The position numbers and the translations under genes were made by a program. Source: Monocercomonoides exilis PA203 (lineage: Eukaryota; Protista; Preaxostyla). From it: 64,000 bases of DNA. The stretch lies in contig LSRY02000013.1 in assembly GCA_001643675.2 (NCBI GenBank), positions 434,001 through 498,000 of the forward strand, given 5' to 3'. Below the pieces are notes generated by a model, which was not told the origin of the DNA, did not search any database, and saw only the letters and a list, made by a program, of their open reading frames with translations. This document shows positions 48,824 to 61,800 of the stretch, in pieces (positions within the stretch are counted from its first letter, which is position 1; every line of letters begins with the position of its first letter).

Positions 48824-49229
48824 GTTATAATCTTATTTATCTAATCTATCACCATCAATATCAAAACAAGCAAAATAATCTTCATCTATATGATGTCCTT
48901 ATTTTTCCTCCTTATCTTTATCAATCTCTTCATATGCCTCTTCCTATTCCTCTTCTAATTCCAATTCTTCTTCGTTTTCTGAAGTATCACACCATCCTAT
49001 ATTGCCGACCTGGAAGCGAAGTTGTAAAGAGAAGAAAGCATCGAAAGCATCAAGGGTTGTTCAGTCATCACCATCAGCAGCAGCACCTGCAATTGACTAT
49101 TTAGATGCTTCGGTAGCAGAGGCTTCATGCACTTCGGCAGCAGCGATGAACTGCATCGAGAGACTGCTGCGGATTTTTGCATCTGAAGAAAGTTGAGTGA
49201 TGCAAATCACAAGAGCTCGTTACTGAGGG

Positions 49230-51470
49230 AGCAACAGACTCTTCGGGGATATGTTGTCGCGAGATGGTGGGGTGCTGTATAGATGTGTTGTATGTGCATA
49301 CGATGTTGCGCTTTTGACGATGCTTTCGGTTTCGCTGGCGGCAACGCTTCCATCGCTTGCAGCGTCGGTGGGCACGAAGTCGGGGATGAGCGGATCTTTG
49401 CAGCGGCAGATGCGAATGCGTTCCCGTCGATCTACGATCTGTTTGTCCCGTCGCTGCAGATATGGAGATCACAACAGTCGAGGCTTGTGGTGGTGAAGCT
49501 GGACGACGAAGTGATGGGGCGAGGGGTTGCAGTGTGTGAAGTGGGAGAGATTGTGGAGAAAGGGTTGGATGCTGCGGGGCTGAGGATGGAAGATGTGGTT
49601 CTGTCTCCAGCAGCGATTGCGCTGGATGTGTTGGAGGAGCGAGAAGAGGCAGAGGAAGGAGAAAGGGGAAAAGAAAAGGGAGAAGAATATGGAGGGAGAG
49701 AGTCAGGTGATGTGAATGAGGAGAAAGGCGGATATTCGACAGCGCACAGAGAGTTTGTGGAGAGAATCAAAGAGAACCGTGGAAAGCTGGAAGAAGCGAT
49801 GGTGCTGCTGGTTGAGGAGGCGCTTGGGCTGAGTGGGCTGAGGTTTGCGAAGGCTGATGCTGATGCGGACAAGTTGCATTCAGTGAAACCTGAAGTGTAC
49901 AGTTCTTCATCCGCCGATGGCATTCAACTGGAGAACAGGAGAGCAGCAGAAGAAGCAGCAGATGGGTCTTTGGGCATAACTTCAGATAGAAGTTCAGAGG
50001 GAGTGGGGAAAGATGAGGAACAGGTAAAAATATCGAAGAATGAATTAGGGATGAATGAGGAACAAGGGGGAAAGGGCAGCGCTATTGATTTGGAGGAAGA
50101 AGGAAGAGCAGATTCTGAATGAGGGATAACTGCATTTGAGGTTTTCGAGGCTGGTTGGAGAAAGTGCGTATGGGAGCTGGCGGGACTATCTGGTGACGAT
50201 GACGGTGTTGGATGTGCTGGTGGAGCTGTGCGAAGAGCAGGAGCTGATTGTGGGGAAGTCGGTTGTGGAAGGGATGATACAGCAGGACGTGACGATGAGC
50301 GTCACATTAATTGTTGAAAGACTGCTTTAGAGGAGAGAGAAGAGAAGAGAAGAGGGTAGGGGCGGGGGTGGGTGTTTGGTATCGGATGGAGTGCCGATGC
50401 ATTTGAGCTCGGACGGGCAGAGAGAGAGGATGGACGAGTTTGTTGCGATAGGGGCGGTTGTGCCGCAGGAAAGTGTGCCGTCGATTGCTCTGCGGGATGC
50501 GACGTATGCGATCGGGCAAGTGTGCCACGGGAAAGGGATGATTGGGGTGTTTAGTGTTTCGTATTGTGTGTTTGTGGATGAGTGGGAGTAGTGGCGGTAT
50601 CATCAGCATTCTTATGGATGTCGTATCTGCTGCAGGGAGGCATCGAGATTGCGCCTGGAAACTACCTCCTTCTGCATAGCACCGGCACTACCGCTTTGCA
50701 TGTGCGTGCTCCGTTCTCTGATTCTGAGCATTCTGCCTGTGCTCGGACTCATGGCTGTTCGAGCTGAGCACACAAGTCTGCCTATCCGAGCCAGGTGGCA
50801 GATTTGCAGAGAGTGTCTCCTCAGGCTACGTGTGGCTCAGCCAGTGCCTCTGCACAGGCGTGTGCCTGTCTCTCTCCAGCAGCGACACGCAGCTTTGTGA
50901 TTGTGCAGCCGTTCAACCAGCCGGAGCTGTCGCGTGTGCCGCACGGGCAGTTCTTTTCGAACTGCCGGGAGCACAACATCACGTTTGACTTTGAGGGGAA
51001 GTGCGGTGTTCTGTTCCAGCTGGCCGGGCATCTCATTGCGGGGGTTGTGGGGTTTGTTGCGTGCGAGCGGTCGGTGGAGCTTGCGGCGCGGACAGCAGCG
51101 CGAGCGCTGGAGACGGTGGCAGTGCAGATGCTGCACTGTGCGTTTGCTTCTGCGCTGAGCCATGAAGACAAAAAAAATGACGAAAAAGCGGGTGCATGGA
51201 GAGAAAGGGGCTGTGGCAAGAGGGACTGCGCTGGGGAGGCTGGCTGGGCTTGGGGGTGGGCTTGTGAAAAGCGCGCGAGAGAAAGGAGACTTGGCAAAGA
51301 CTGGTCTTAACGACCGGTCGCGCATTGGCGCTGCAGTTCCTCTGAAAGTTCCGTTTGGTCAGCTTCAAGTTTGCTTTCTTTTCTTTTTCTTTCTTTCTTT
51401 CTTTGAAATTTTATTATTATTTTATGTTGTTGTTAATCTTTTTTGTTTTTTTCTTTCTTTCCTTTCCAGA
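49230..51470 (+). pseudogene. IQCH-like (ATP-grasp-related) gene fragment with frameshifts
   Basis: Across frames: VGTKSG/ERIFAAAD...IYDL, VVKLDDEVMGRGVA, GAVVPQESVP...IGQVCHGKGMIGVFSV, FFSNCREHNITFDFEGKCGVLFQL...AGVVG. This recalls the C-terminal half of IQ motif-containing protein H. Confidence 0.55.
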
Positions 51471-52044
51471 GAGGAATAAATGGAATTTAAGATTTTCTCA
51501 AGATGAAAGATGAAGAGAGAATAAAGCAGAGCAATGTAATGCCGAATCAGGAATGATGAAGGCAAGAGGGCGAGCAATTCATCAGATTATTTTTTTTTTC
51601 ATAAAAATTTTCAATTTTAAAATAACATTATTATTTTCATTTTGAACGAATTTTTTTTCAATAAAGTTGAACGCTCACGCATTTCATGAATCTCACATTT
51701 AATTCGCATTAAAATTCTCATCACAAAAATAAACAATTGAATTCATATCAACCGAAGAAATTGAATAAAATATTCTCAATTTACAAAAAGAAAAATTAAT
51801 TATGACATTTACACCAAAAACATTTTTTGGTTTCTATCTGTCAAGTTTTTAAAAAAAATATTGTCAAAATGTTATTTTCAAAGTGTTTTAAAAATCATCT
51901 TTGATATTGGATTATTGGAATACCAATTATTTCATTTTTTGATAAATCGACAACACTTAATTAAGTGTTTATTGAAAACCAGATCTTTATGTGTTGATCG
52001 ATCTTTTTTTCTTTTGGGATATTCCTGTTTGGACTAATTGAAAA

Positions 52045-52914
52045 ATGAAGATAAGGAAGAAGATTGTAGCTGCAGTTTTGTGCGCAGTCGCTTTCTTCTT
52101 TTTTATTATATGGTATCTCCTTCCTCGTTTGGGTGATAAATTTAATCTCTATCCTCCATTCAACTCAAAATTCCAAAAATGTGTAAAACAAAAAGCTCCT
52201 CGAGTTACAAGAATTCTAGAGACAGCTCAATATCTTTCTTTAACAAACAAAAGCCTTGCACGGTTTGGAGACGGTGAAGTTGCACTTATTCTAAACCAAA
52301 AACTCCCATTCCAAGATCCAAATCCTGAACTTGGGAAAAGGCTTGAACAAGTATTTGTAGATGAGCTTCCTGACTTACTAATTGGAATACCAGATGTATT
52401 TTCATGGTATCCTCCGATGAGTGAGCGAGATATTTCGTTTTGGAATGATAGAAAGAGAGAAAGAAAATGGATTTTAAATCATATCAGAATGGATCGCCAA
52501 TATTACGCTTCACATAGCGCTAGTCCTTATGAAAACACTATAGGAACATACTGCGAATTACTTCCTCAAGTCTATGCAACATTGCGAGATATATGGAGAG
52601 GAAAAGATATTGTTATCGTTCGTGGAAATAACAGCCAAGTGTATAAATACGACATTTATGATACAGCACGCTCGCGGAGAATTTTCTTCGTTCCATCAAA
52701 ACAAGCTTGGTCAGAATATGAAAACATTAAAAGCACTTTACTTAAAGAAGATCCGTCCAATCTATTTATTTTGGCAGTTGGCCCACTGTCAAAGGTTCTT
52801 GCTTATGATCTTGTAAAAGCTGGAAGGCGTGCTCTTGACATGGGCCATTTGGCAAAGGATTACAATGCTTGGAAGCAAAATTCCGAAATAGATATTTCAT
52901 TTTTCTTTGATTAG
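52045..52914 (+). CDS. GT-D fold glycosyltransferase (DUF1792) with N-terminal type II membrane anchor, intronless
   Basis: SLARFGDGE, PFQ...L..RL, IWRGKDIVIVRG, PSKQAWSEY, LAVGPLSKVLAYDL...G..ALDMGHL. Confidence 0.85.
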   Translation: MKIRKKIVAAVLCAVAFFFFIIWYLLPRLGDKFNLYPPFNSKFQKCVKQKAPRVTRILETAQYLSLTNKSLARFGDGEVALILNQKLPFQDPNPELGKRLEQVFVDELPDLLIGIPDVFSWYPPMSERDISFWNDRKRERKWILNHIRMDRQYYASHSASPYENTIGTYCELLPQVYATLRDIWRGKDIVIVRGNNSQVYKYDIYDTARSRRIFFVPSKQAWSEYENIKSTLLKEDPSNLFILAVGPLSKVLAYDLVKAGRRALDMGHLAKDYNAWKQNSEIDISFFFD

Positions 52915-53117
52915 ATAATTAGAATTTGTACTCATTTCATCATTTTCATATTTCAGCTTTTTTTTCACTATTTAGAGACATTTGTGCCTAACTTTTGTAC
53001 ATCAATATTCACTTCTCTTTTTGTTTTATTTCATCAAAATATTCTATCCAGAATTTTTAATCATGGTTGTAAGTTACATTTTCTTTTTCAATTAATAATA
53101 AACACATTTGTAAATTG

Positions 53118-53307
<190 letters not shown>

Positions 53308-53782
53308 GACGCACACACAAAATCGAATAAAAAACAAGGAACAAATAATAATCTGTACAGAATAAAAATTGATGTTTCAATTTGACGAAAGCTGAATTTA
53401 TTCAAGTTAACAGAGAGCTTAAAAACATGCTATGATTCTTCAAAATTACCAGCTTTATTCGCAATGCATCGAATATGTTGAAATGTTTGTTGAAATCAGC
53501 CATTTTTCAGTGTTAAAACAATAATACATACAAAAAAGAAATACAAAAAAAACACTTGTAAAAAATGCATATATAAACTGCACATATGATAATAAATACA
53601 CACAAACAGTGAAGCAAAGCTATAAAAAAAAGAAGACGACAATTTCAAGATTTATTAGAAAATCAAAATATCAAAAAAAGAAAATTCGTTTGTAAAACTA
53701 CATTACACGATAGCGCAAGCTATAAAATTTAAATGATATCCACATCGGGGAATTTAACATGGCCCCGATTCCCCGCATAAAA

Positions 53783-54612
53783 CTAAATGATTGAATATTC
53801 GTGTAATTCTGGATCATTTTCCCATTTATCTTCAACACATGTGGCATTCCAATTGAAGGACCCGTGCAGCTTGAACCAATATTCCTCTGAATCTCTGAGT
53901 ATCACATTTGGCTTTCCTTTGTAATCTCGCTGGATAACTGTTTGCATACATACATAAGGCGCAAAATACGTTCCAAAGTATTCAGGTTTAGTATCAGTTG
54001 CAGCTTCGTGAATGCATGGGCTTTTCATTATTATTCCGTTGTAAATTCTGTCTTTCAGGTAAGGCTTCACTCCCATAGACAACATAATCCTGAATTCTTT
54101 CAACACTTTCCCAATAAGCGGGCCCCCCTTCGGAGCCATCAAATATCACAGCTCGATGTGATACGCAGGAGGCCAATAGGAATTGAACGCAAGCAAATCT
54201 GCTTTTGCATTAGTCAAATTCCGCTAGCTGTCTTCCAAAAATGTGTCATTGGAAATATACATCGACGTATCCATCTACAGCCCGCCGTAATCATAAAGCA
54301 ATTGAAGACGATAATAATCTGCTTTATTTACCCGTGGAAGTTTTTTTAGCTGATTCGGAATGGATTTGCTGTCTAAATACAAATTGATTGTCGAGTCTGT
54401 AACAAAAATCAGAGGAAATTTTGAGATTTTCTCTTTCATGTTGTGCAGAAGACAGCGCGCTTCCGGTTTAATTCGCCTTCCCAGTAAAGCAAGATGATTC
54501 TGGGCACTTCATACAGTTTTTCTTCTTTGAAAATTGAGCTCGCCTTTAAAAAAGAGGCTCCGAACAGAATGGCAATGGAAGAGAGGAATAAAGACATGCA
54601 AAAATGACGATT
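53783..54612 (-). pseudogene. Capsular-polysaccharide-synthesis / DxD sugar-binding glycosyltransferase pseudogene
   Basis: TM anchor, VPRIILLYWEG, NKADYYRLQLLYDYGGL*MDTS, *YLMAPKGGPLI; several in-frame stops and a frameshift. Confidence 0.7.
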
Positions 54613-57600
54613 CATTGATTCAAAAAATAATATTCGAAATTCTATGGAAAAGATTTCTATATTCATAAATAATTATAATTATAATGAAGAAAAATGCAAA
54701 TTTAACAGAATAAAACGAAAAAAACGCACTTTATAAGCAGACGGAACTGAATGTTTCGCCAATGATCCTGTATCAACGTTCATATAAGTTGTGCCTGTGT
54801 CAAAAATGTAAATAGATGATAAAAACTTTAAAAAACGACAAATGTTAATATGGAAAATTCGAAAATGCGAATCGTTAATCGGTTAATGCAAATCAAAAAG
54901 ATTTTCAAAAGAAAAATTATGCGTCAAAGCCAAAAAATCACAATTTCAATTATTTTACTCAAACAAAAAGTCAAACGAAAATAAGAAGAAAAACGAGTTC
55001 ATAAAAAGCTACATTATAAGTGTTATGTGCAAACCTTACTATCCGATGCATATACTCGAATTTCTGTCAATCGTTGGCAAAATGCACTTCAAAATTCAAG
55101 AAAAAGTCACCAAGTTGCAAATCTTGTCTTGCATCGCGCACCTAATTCTTCAGAAGAATTCTCCAATCAGAAGCAAAAATCAAGTCCATCCTTCATTGTG
55201 AGTCAATCGTATTGTTACAGCTTATAAACGGGGAATCTATCGATGTCAAATGAACACAAACACGAAAATCATCGAAATTCATATAATCATCTTTGTTCTT
55301 CAAATGAACGCGTGAAATTAGATTTTCAAGCTGATTGAATTCGTCTTTGTCAAAAAGCAATCAGTTTCAATAGCAAATTTTCCAAGCCAAAATATCCATC
55401 AAATCTTCATTGCAAATGCAGATGCAGCTGCTGATATTTATTTTTTTCAAAGCGTTCTTTAATATATGAGAAATATAAATTTCTCGAAATTTTTCTTCTT
55501 TTTCTTCATCCATCTCTTTTTCTTTTTCTTTTTCTTTTTCTTTTTCTTTTTCTTTTTCTTTTTCTTTTTCTTTTTCTTCAACTTCTTCACCTTTTGAGCT
55601 TCTTCAGCCTCCTCTTCCTCTTCCTCTTCCTTTTCTTTCTTTTCTTCTCTATCTTCCTCTTCATCTCTTTTTCTTTACCTCCTTCATATTATATATATTC
55701 GTAATCGTATTCTTCGCTTTCATCTCAATTGTCTTCATCATCCTCTTCTTCCTCTTCTTCCTCTTCTTCCTCTTCTTCCTCTTAACTTATTTCTCTCTCC
55801 TTTCTCTCTTAACTTTTAACTTCAAAATTCTAATAATAATAAATAGAATTCCTATAAATTTCTCTTAATCCTATACGCAATTTGAGAAATGCTTCATGGC
55901 TTATTTTTTTTCAATTCAGAAAGCTTCAATCATCAACTGTTTGTCGTAAAGAAGAAGGAAAAAGAGCTTATGAACACATTCATAAAGATGAGGAAGTTAT
56001 TAAAGAAGAAGATGACGAATACAACGACGAGGAAGAAGAAATAATTATTGAAGAAGAAGAAATTATAAAGAATATTAAAAAAAATTGTTTTTTGTGAATA
56101 GGAAGAGGAAAACGATGAAAAAAATGAAGCTTCTGAAGAAGAGAATGATGATGATGATAATGAATGAATTGATGAGTTGACTGAAGACTGAGAAATGTGA
56201 AGATAAATAAAGACATACAAAAATGAAAATATTCTCAAAAGTTGATCTTATCTTGTTTTTCATCTTTTAATTTACTATCTTTTTGCAAATAAAATCCTCC
56301 AATTCCTCCTCCGTTTCACTCATCAAAAAGAAATATTTTTATTACATTCAGATCTTTTTTATCATTTTTTGAATCTTTTCTCCAATTAACTTGAAAAGTG
56401 TGTCAATTCAATTGTTCTGTTAAAATAATATTTTTAATAAATAAATTCATTTATTGAATCTCGAGCAAATGCTTTGATTTTATTGATAATTAAAAAAAAA
56501 ATTCGAATTCATTTTTATTTTCCTTTTGAATCATGTCAAACCAATTATAAATTGATATGTTTGAGCATTATGATTTTAAAATAAATACATCCTCTTTGTT
56601 TGAAAGATTGTGAAGCTAAATGATCAACGAATAATAATTTCTTCAAAATCAAAAATTGAGAACAAAAAGCGTGTATTTGCTCTTTGGCAGCACAAAAACG
56701 GAAGAATGTGTTATGTTGCAGGATATAATAGAATTTAAGCATTGAGCAAAGTCTGCAATTTGTGGGGAGAGCGTATCATTTGGAAGATGATTTTTGTTTT
56801 CCTATCAATTTGTGCGTGCCGGACTGTGGTTGTTCGGTGAAGAGCGACTGTTGCGAGAAGCCACTGAGCAAAAGCTATTTTCATGGCAGATGATAATGTT
56901 CTTTTATTTCATTTCTCTCATTTTTGTGGAGATTCTTTTCGATGACTCAAAAAACGAGGGAATGGCTGGTGCCAGCACAGAAAGACATTGCTCGCAATAA
57001 AGAAATAAAACATATCTCAAGGCATGCAATCTTTTGTAATTGTCCAATATCGAGCGTGAAATGCCTTTTCTTTTCGATGTCTTATTTTTTTCCCCAAAAA
57101 TGGAAAAAGAATCTAACCTTTACTTCTGCTTGAGGATCTGAACATAAAAATACTGAATGTGTTGTATGTGCAAGATAAAAAAAGAGGTTTGGAAAATTTT
57201 ATGAATGGAAAGGATGTTTTTGTTGAAAAGACCAGCTTTTTTCTTTTTTAGAATTTTTTGTTGAGAAATTCCATGAGAGCCATATTGGCAGAAAAATCGT
57301 TTGGGAAATGGCTAACTGAAGAGGCTTCAGCTCAGTTTGCTTTTATTGGCACTTTTCCTTTTTATTTTATTTTATTTTTTCCCCTTCAAAATGCGCTGGC
57401 GCCATGTCACATTTTGTGGAAAGCGAAAATGCGAGGGATGCTTGCCAGCGAAAAGCAAAGAAAATGGCTGAATGAACAAGAACTGAAATTGACATTGACC
57501 ATCTGATACACTTGCCGACAAATAATTTTGCGTGCTTCGGTATTTGAATAGTTGCTACACCTAAAAGACAGATTCTGGAAGGAAAAGGATATGGGGAAAA

Positions 57601-58891
57601 GGAAAAGCAGCGCTTTTATTGGCGAATATGCATCCAAATAACATGTGCATGTGTTGAATGGGGGACACGGGGCTGTGGCGATAACAGATTCTTCAAATTG
57701 GAAGCAAGGGATGATGCAAATGGAAGCAGAGAAGCGATGTTCCGATCAAGTTGGAGCGTTCGAGAAATGGCCAGCAAATGTTCCATTGGTTCACAATTAC
57801 ATTTTATTGATTTCATTTTCCCCCTGGAGCATAACAAGCAAATCGAAAGCTGAAGCTTGAGTGCCTAATTTTTGTTTGTGTCATTGGCAGCGAAAGCGCG
57901 TTTCTATTTTACGAGGGGAAGAGATATTTATGCTTCGGCTGAAAGTGCCAAGCTGGTGATCAACACCGAAACGCAAAAAGGATGACAAAGCCAGCGAGGA
58001 TACTCTGTGAATCTGCGCCTTGCTAATAGAGGTGGGAATTTTTCATTGGGAAATGCAGTTATTTTGGGATGGAATGGGAATGCAAGTTGCCGGGTGCTAT
58101 CACCGAAGGAATGTTATAGATGGCTCAGCTTCTTGCCTTTTGTCTTGAATTGTTTGAAAGAAGGAGGCAATGAGCTTTCAACAAAAAAATAAAATCCAGA
58201 GTGTTTCTCTCTTCGTTTTGATGGAACTTATTTGAAGCCTCTCATTTTTTTGAGTGTCATTTCCTTTCGCATCGTTTGCTGTTGTTTTTATCACAACAAT
58301 TTTTATATTGTTATATTTTATTTTTTGAACGAATAAAAAAAAAGTCATCTTGGCATGACTCTAGAAATTAGGCCAAGGCTGAGAAAGGTGCATTCTGGGT
58401 TTTTGCGCAGGTGCCAACGATGTCACATATTTTTTTTGATTTTGATTTCTTGGCTGAGTCAAAGCAAGGATGCTGGGATTCATTTTTGAGGAACATTCAT
58501 TTCAGAGAAGAAGGCAATTCACAGAGGAAGATCAAAGGATTTCAGAAATCATTTGCCTCGATGCCTTTCCATTTTGAAGTGGGTTTACAAGCAATAAAAG
58601 GGAAGTGGTTGTGAAAAATCACTTTCGAGCGAAGTGCAAAAACAACACAGAAAAGCACAAACATCAGACTCTGGCTGGCAAATGCCAAGCCCTGTTTGGG
58701 GGCAACAGAAACAAAACAAAAGAAAACAAAAGAAAACAAAAGAAAGCCTTCAGAAGCCATGGGCAGCACTCATTTCTATCTTTCTTGTAATTATTCACCA
58801 AAAGCAAAAAAGAAAAAAGAGAGAGATTAAGAGATGAATACGAGGGGTGTGAACGATGGCGATGCTTGTGATGGGATGAGAGAAGCAAACA

Positions 58892-61800
58892 CTAATAGCT
58901 GCAGCAGCTGTTTCTGCTGATGGCAGATTGCTGGTTTGTGAAGAGTGCGTCAGTCATTGTGGGGAGCTTGGCCGACTCGGGGAACTTCTGAAAGAACTCT
59001 CTCGAAATGGAGACGAGCGAAGGCCGGTTGGAAGGCTGAAAGGAGAGGCATTCGCTGACGACCAAAGAGAATGTGCTTGGAGTATTTCTGCACATGCTCA
59101 AAGCCTCTCCTTTTGCAATCTTGTCTCCAGCAATCACAGACTCGTACTCCCCGAACGGGATGTGGAGCGTCAGGCACTCCCACAGCATCATCCCGATCGA
59201 GAACACCACCGACTTCTTTGTTGCCCCCATGTTCTTGTTGATCAGCAGCTCTGGTGCCTTCCACCTCAAACACTCTTTTTTGAAGCTATCTTCATCCTCA
59301 AAGGCGGATGAGGGAAGGGAGTCACTTTCATCATCATCACTGGCAGATGTGACAACAGTTGATGATGAGATCGATGATGAATCTGAGTCATCTGACAATA
59401 AGTCAGAATGCATCACAATGCAGATGACCATATGCTCGGAGAATAATACAATGTGAGGGCTCAGATTGGAAAGTGACTGAAGCTTGTTTTCCATTTCATC
59501 AAAGGAGTGGAGGGCGAGATTGGCCACCCAGAACAGGATTTGGGCAGCTGTCATCTCCCTCTCCTCCAGTGTGCCAATAGCCATCTCCTTTGTCTTATTC
59601 TTTCCGTGGAGCAACATGAACAGTGAATCCCTCAAATCCACAATCAGTTTCTCATGAGGTGATGAACATGCTATCGCATCCACCAGATTTGACATCGATG
59701 AAGTGGTTGGGCACAGATCTTCCCTTCGAACAAAAGAGGATTCTGTGTCTGAAGTGTCTGTGGATGAAGTGGATGAAATGGATGGTGAAGGAGATCTCTT
59801 TCTTATCTCTTCTTCCTCAACCTTTTCCAATGCCCATTCAGGAATCTTGTCTGAATCTTTCCCCAATATGTATTCAGTCGATCCACTCTCAGCCAGCAAG
59901 TGTTCTGACGATTCTGAATGCTGAAGGCTTTTCGCGTATACCCTCTTCTTCGTCCTCTCCTCATTCTTCTTCTCTGCCTCTTTCTCTGCTCTCCTCCACT
60001 GCTCTTCTGGCGACATCTCCATTGTTACCATCTCGAATGCCTTCGGATCCTTTCTGATGTTATCGTTCACAATCTCTCTCAGATCTTCTGCTTCATTCTT
60101 TGCCTTTCTCCATCTGACTGCAAGAATAACAGAAACAATCAGAACAATCAATAGAACAATAGCCATAATGATCACAATCAATGCCCATGATGATTTCCCT
60201 TCTTTTCCTCTTTCAGCAATCCTTTCATCTCTGCTTGTCTGAGACTCGCTCTTGTTTTTCAGAATGAATGAATCAGTAGATAATTGTTTGTCAGCATCTC
60301 CAAACAGAATGCTCACTTTCACCTCTGCCTCATCTTCTGCCTCACTTATTGCCTCTCTTGCCAATCTCCCTTCAACTTTTGTCTCTGACACATATCCACT
60401 TTCATCAAACGCAAACTTTTCAATCTGCTTTTCATCACCCATCTGCTTCACAATCATGAATGACAAGTTACATGGAAGAAACAGCTTCCCTTTGAACACT
60501 ACCTCCATTTCTTCTCCTTTCTCCTTTGCTTCAACACTCTCCAGCACTGGAAAGAAAAATGGAGACACTTTCTCAGAAACAATCCCTTCAAACAGACAAC
60601 CCTCATTCAATATCCAAAGAGAACTGTTTTTCTCTTGACCATCTCCTCCTTTCAGGCTCATCACATTCAGTGAAGCAGAATCAGAGCAGATGATGTTTCG
60701 ACGAAGAGAAGGGTATTTTGAATTTAAAGGATTGTTGTTCATAAACTCTCCCTTCTCAATCATTAAAGATCCTCCTTTCACAGTCAAACCTCCTTTCGAT
60801 GAGTTGCAAATCATGATATCTCTCACAACTGCTTCACTCTTCGACAAGGCAACAACTGATCCATTCCATCTGCACACTTCATCAGAAATCTCATTCCTTT
60901 TTGTCTCTGAAACAAGATTCCCTTCAAACACACACGACTCCATCAATATCTCCTGTGACAATGTTATTGCCACTTGGCTCCCCTTTGGTGATTCTGATGT
61001 GCACTCATGAAAAGAGCAGTTGCACATCTCAAATCCACTCATCGGCTGACTTGAGCAAACAATGCAAGACCCATCACTCGATCGGCTGATGTTTGTGAAT
61101 GAAGACAACACCAATGACAAAACAAGTGATGAGTGGCTGTTTTCAAGTGAGATCAGACTCCTTTCTTCCAGCTCGATGTTTGTGGCTGCCAACTTTGAAA
61201 TGCTCATTTCCTCACTTTTTCCACATTCAATCAATGAACTCTTGCATTCCACATCATCCACTCCCACATCCTCAAATGTTGCTCTTTCTGAATGCAATAT
61301 CATGAACACAGGCTTCGAGAATTTCAAGTGCCAAACACTGCACTTTTCTGCCTCAAGCAACCCATTTTCAACAACAATCAGAGAAAAGTCAAAAAGGGGA
61401 TGTGAATTCTCCATTGATCCGCTTTCTGACAAGAATGAAACAGATTCCAGAATAAGAGATCCATTCAGCTGATGAATCAAGCATGAGCAGACAACATTCC
61501 TCATTTCCTCGAAAACAAATAAAAGTTTCTCAATTCGAACAGACTCTGATGCCATCACGACTCCTTCATCAGCCAAATCGATTTCATTCACTTTTATCTC
61601 AGCATTCCTGCTTGTCTCCATAGACTTGATCGTCACCTTCTCAGCTGAGCATGAACCAGTCAATTCTGTCTCATTCCAAACAAACAGCAGTGAATAATCT
61701 GACGGGATGATGTGGCTCACCCCAACATTCAGCGATGAGCATGCACCCTTCATTTCCCCACAGTTCTTGCTGTTGCTGTTGTTCCCCGCAATCGAAGACA

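Noticed and set aside
56760-58850. Many short ORFs in moderately GC-rich DNA
   Set aside because: Looks like an eroded coding relic, but no frame or family could be reconstructed.
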